A stretch of DNA of 64,000 bases from Myxococcota bacterium (GTDB taxonomy: Bacteria; Myxococcota_A; SURF-8), in the NCBI GenBank assembly GCA_965140415.1, contig OZ223209.1, forward strand, positions 5,664,001 through 5,728,000. Reading direction: 5' to 3'. The position numbers and the translations under genes were made by a program. Positions 61,403-64,000 of the stretch are shown in pieces (within the stretch, counting starts at the first letter, position 1; every line of letters starts with the position of its first letter). The notes beneath the pieces were generated by a model that saw only the letters and a list, made by a program, of their open reading frames with translations, was not told the DNA's origin and ran no database searches.

Positions 61403-61723
61403 ATGGAACGCATCAGCCTTAGTCCGCAAGCGATGAAGCTTCAGAATCTCTACAAGCAGAACTCGGCCAAAATGACCGAGAACGTTGCAGAGACGAAAAG
61501 CAGCAAATCCTTCGGAGAATTTTTAACCGAGTCCGTACAGGAAGCCAACAGCAGCCAGGTCCAGGCCGATCAATCGATCACCGATTTCTTAGGCGGCAAG
61601 GGCGTGGGTGTACATGAAACGATGCTGGCCGTGGAAAAAGCGGAAATCAGCATGAAACTGTTGTTGCAGGTGCGCAATAAGGCAGTTGAAGCGTATCGCG
61701 AAATCATGAAAATGCAGGTTTAG
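61403..61723 (+). CDS. fliE: Flagellar hook-basal body protein FliE
   Basis: SFGEFL, HETMLAVEKA, QVRNKAVEAYREIMKMQV. Confidence 0.97.
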   Translation: MERISLSPQAMKLQNLYKQNSAKMTENVAETKSSKSFGEFLTESVQEANSSQVQADQSITDFLGGKGVGVHETMLAVEKAEISMKLLLQVRNKAVEAYREIMKMQV

Positions 61724-61750
61724 GTTTAAACACGAACGGCAAGGTGAATC

Positions 61751-63376
61751 ATGGCTCCGGAAGCTCAAAAGGTGCTACAAGACATCCTGCGACTCTATAA
61801 AGGACTGACCACCCAGAACAAGATGATCATTGGTGCAGTTCTGGCGGTCGCCATTGCAGGATTCGTGTATTTGCTCTCCTTTTCCGATTTCACCGAATTC
61901 GATTACCTCTACACCAACATTTCCGACAAAGATGCCGGAGACATTGTCGAACATCTGAAAAAGAACAAGATTCCCTACAAACTCGGTGAAGGTTCCATTA
62001 TGGCGCCGAAAAAGGACGTGCGTCAGCTTCGTTTGTCCTTGGCAGCCGAAGGATTACCGCGCGGTGAAGGCGTCGGCTTCGAGATCTTCGAGAACCAAAA
62101 ACTCGGCACAAGTAAGTACGTTCAGGAACTGAACTATAAACGCGCGATGGAAGGCGAACTGTCTCGTACCGTCGCCAGCCTAGAAAAGGTGGAAAACGCG
62201 CGCGTACATCTGGTCACTCCTAAAAAAGCACTGTTCAAAGAGGACGAAGTTCCTGCCAGTGCCTCGGTGGTTGTGCGTCTTGCAGGCAACAAGGAACTGG
62301 ACGCCAACGAAGTCAAATCCATCGTTCATCTGGTCAGTTCTTCCGTCGAGGGACTTTCGGCGAAAAACATAACGATCATCGATAGTAACGGCAACATGCT
62401 CAGTCGGGCGATGGGCGATGAAGAAGAACAGATCTGGGGCTCGTCTCCCCTGGAATATAAAAACAAATTGGAACGCGATCTGGCCAGCCGGGTGGAGGAA
62501 GTAGTCTCCCATGTGGTCGGACTTGGAAAAGTGGTGGCCAAAGTCACCGTGGAATTGGACTTTAAAAAAGAAGAAAAAACCGAAGAACTCTTCGATCCCG
62601 ATCAGGTGGTGGTGCGTTCGGAAAAACGCAGCAAGGAAAATCGTCAGAACGACGAAACGATCAATGCTGGCGGAGCACCCGGAGCGCAGGCCAATCTGCC
62701 ACAGAATCAGGATGGCACCGGACAGCAAAGCTCGGCCACCGAGCGCGACCGCACGATGGTCAACTACGAAATCAACAAAGTGGTGCGACACACCGTCCGC
62801 GCGGCAGGGGATGTCAAGCGTGTGTCGGTAGCGGTACTGGTAGACGGCTCCTATAAGCCGGGTGAAGTCGCCGAAGATGCCGAAGACGATGCCAAGCCGG
62901 AAGATACCTACGTTCCACGCACACCGGAAGAACTGGAAAAAATCCGTGCGTTGGTCATGCGCGTGGTCGGGTATAATGAAAACCGTGGCGATGAAGTGGA
63001 AGTCAGCAACGTTCCGTTTGAAACGTCGGCGCTGGAAGAATATGAAATCGAACCCAGTTTTTTGGAACGTTACGATTTCATCCCACAACTGCTGCGGTAT
63101 GGTATCCTGTTGGTGTTGGCGATCGTGCTGGTCTTCTTCCTGTTCAAACCGCTGGTGGAATGGGTCATCAACTACCACGAGGAAGAACGGCTGCGGGAAC
63201 TGGATCGCGAGCAGGAAGATATCGTCAAGTCGATGGAAGAACAGCTCTCGGAAGTACGAGGCACCATCGAAACATCGACGGTTGAATTGAAAAAGCGCGT
63301 GCAGGAACTGGCGGATATGAACCCCGATATGGTCGTAGCCGTGTTCCGCACTTGGTTGAACGTGCCGGAGGATTGA
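61751..63376 (+). CDS. fliF: Flagellar MS-ring protein FliF
   Basis: GVGFEIF, RAMEGELSRT, ARVHLV, ASASVV, NYEINK, VAVLVDG, RGDEVEV; two TMs. Confidence 0.97.
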   Translation: MAPEAQKVLQDILRLYKGLTTQNKMIIGAVLAVAIAGFVYLLSFSDFTEFDYLYTNISDKDAGDIVEHLKKNKIPYKLGEGSIMAPKKDVRQLRLSLAAEGLPRGEGVGFEIFENQKLGTSKYVQELNYKRAMEGELSRTVASLEKVENARVHLVTPKKALFKEDEVPASASVVVRLAGNKELDANEVKSIVHLVSSSVEGLSAKNITIIDSNGNMLSRAMGDEEEQIWGSSPLEYKNKLERDLASRVEEVVSHVVGLGKVVAKVTVELDFKKEEKTEELFDPDQVVVRSEKRSKENRQNDETINAGGAPGAQANLPQNQDGTGQQSSATERDRTMVNYEINKVVRHTVRAAGDVKRVSVAVLVDGSYKPGEVAEDAEDDAKPEDTYVPRTPEELEKIRALVMRVVGYNENRGDEVEVSNVPFETSALEEYEIEPSFLERYDFIPQLLRYGILLVLAIVLVFFLFKPLVEWVINYHEEERLRELDREQEDIVKSMEEQLSEVRGTIETSTVELKKRVQELADMNPDMVVAVFRTWLNVPED

Positions 63377-63380
63377 TTTC

Positions 63381-64000
63381 ATGGACGATATCTCAACGGT
63401 ACAAAAAGCGATTCTGGTGCTGGTTTCCATGGAAAAGGAACAGGCCGTCAAGGTCGTGCGCCAGCTCAACAATCGCGAGATCAAACGAATCTCCACCGAA
63501 ATCGGCAAGATCAGCAAAACCAGCCCTGAAGAACTGATGGAAGTGCTGGAAGAATTCATGGCGGAAGTGACCGGCTCCAGTAGCGTCATTACGACCGGCG
63601 AGCAATGGATCAAAGACGTCATCGAGCGTGCGGTGGGAACCAACAAAGCCCAGCATCTGCTGCGGGATCTGGGACCACCTACAAAAGTGTTCGATTCGCT
63701 GTTCGATATCGATTTGAATGCGCTTGCGAACTTGATTCGCAAGGAACATCCGCAGACGCAGGCTTTGATCCTGGCCCATCTGGACCCGACCAAAGCGGCG
63801 GGCGTGCTGCCATTGCTGCCTGAACAGGACCAGGTAGACATCATTTTGCGTATTGCGAAAATCACCTCGATTCATCCGGACCTGTTGGCCGAGATCGAGG
63901 ATGCACTGATGGAAGAAATCCAACGTCTGGGTGCGGTAAGTACGGCAGAAGCCGGTGGTGTCGAAATGGTCGTGGATATGTTGAACATCATGGAGAAGAA
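63381..64000 (+). CDS. fliG: Flagellar motor switch protein FliG (partial, runs off window end)
   Basis: Not in track; manual translation MDDISTVQKAILVLVSMEKEQAVKVVRQL...IRKEHPQTQALILAHL...GGVEMVVDMLN. Confidence 0.93.
   Translation, partial: MDDISTVQKAILVLVSMEKEQAVKVVRQLNNREIKRISTEIGKISKTSPEELMEVLEEFMAEVTGSSSVITTGEQWIKDVIERAVGTNKAQHLLRDLGPPTKVFDSLFDIDLNALANLIRKEHPQTQALILAHLDPTKAAGVLPLLPEQDQVDIILRIAKITSIHPDLLAEIEDALMEEIQRLGAVSTAEAGGVEMVVDMLNIMEK

Noticed and set aside
62180-63865. 561-aa minus-strand ORF
   Set aside because: Antisense shadow of fliF and fliG

Overview
This 64 kb window looks like chromosomal DNA from a diderm, deltaproteobacterium/Myxococcota-like bacterium; the taxonomy is inferred from mglBA, sigma54-driven flagellar genes and Cys-rich lipoproteins. 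It holds wzm/wzt, a TonB-family protein, rpoZ-eno, glnA, ihfA, rpsT, nfo, obgE, mglBA, a cyclophilin, a five-gene HTH-REC/CheX/HDOD/hybrid-kinase/RR signalling operon, a PilZ plus vWA gene pair and the start of a flagellar cluster (TPR protein, sigma54 activator, flgB, flgC, fliE, fliF, partial fliG). I saw no rRNA, tRNA, CRISPR array, transposase or phage genes. Three things stand out. (1) Nine otherwise unrelated predicted lipoproteins carry an acidic Asp-Gly-Asp (DGD) motif or repeat just after the lipobox Cys, up to about 33 tandem PDGD[T/M] units in a ~1970-aa protein; this may be a lineage-specific surface-export signal or Ca2+-binding tether. (2) An AT-rich mini-operon at about 4.1-4.7 kb has a perfect TTGACA-17-TATAAT promoter, a 55-aa ORF missing from the track (hydrophobic N-terminus, C-terminal RAPP arrest-peptide-like motif), a 62-aa ORF and a terminator. 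(3) A sigma54 flagellar cascade uses an activator with no receiver domain and sits next to a translationally coupled PilZ/vWA membrane module. All product calls come from motif recognition by eye; no database searches were run.
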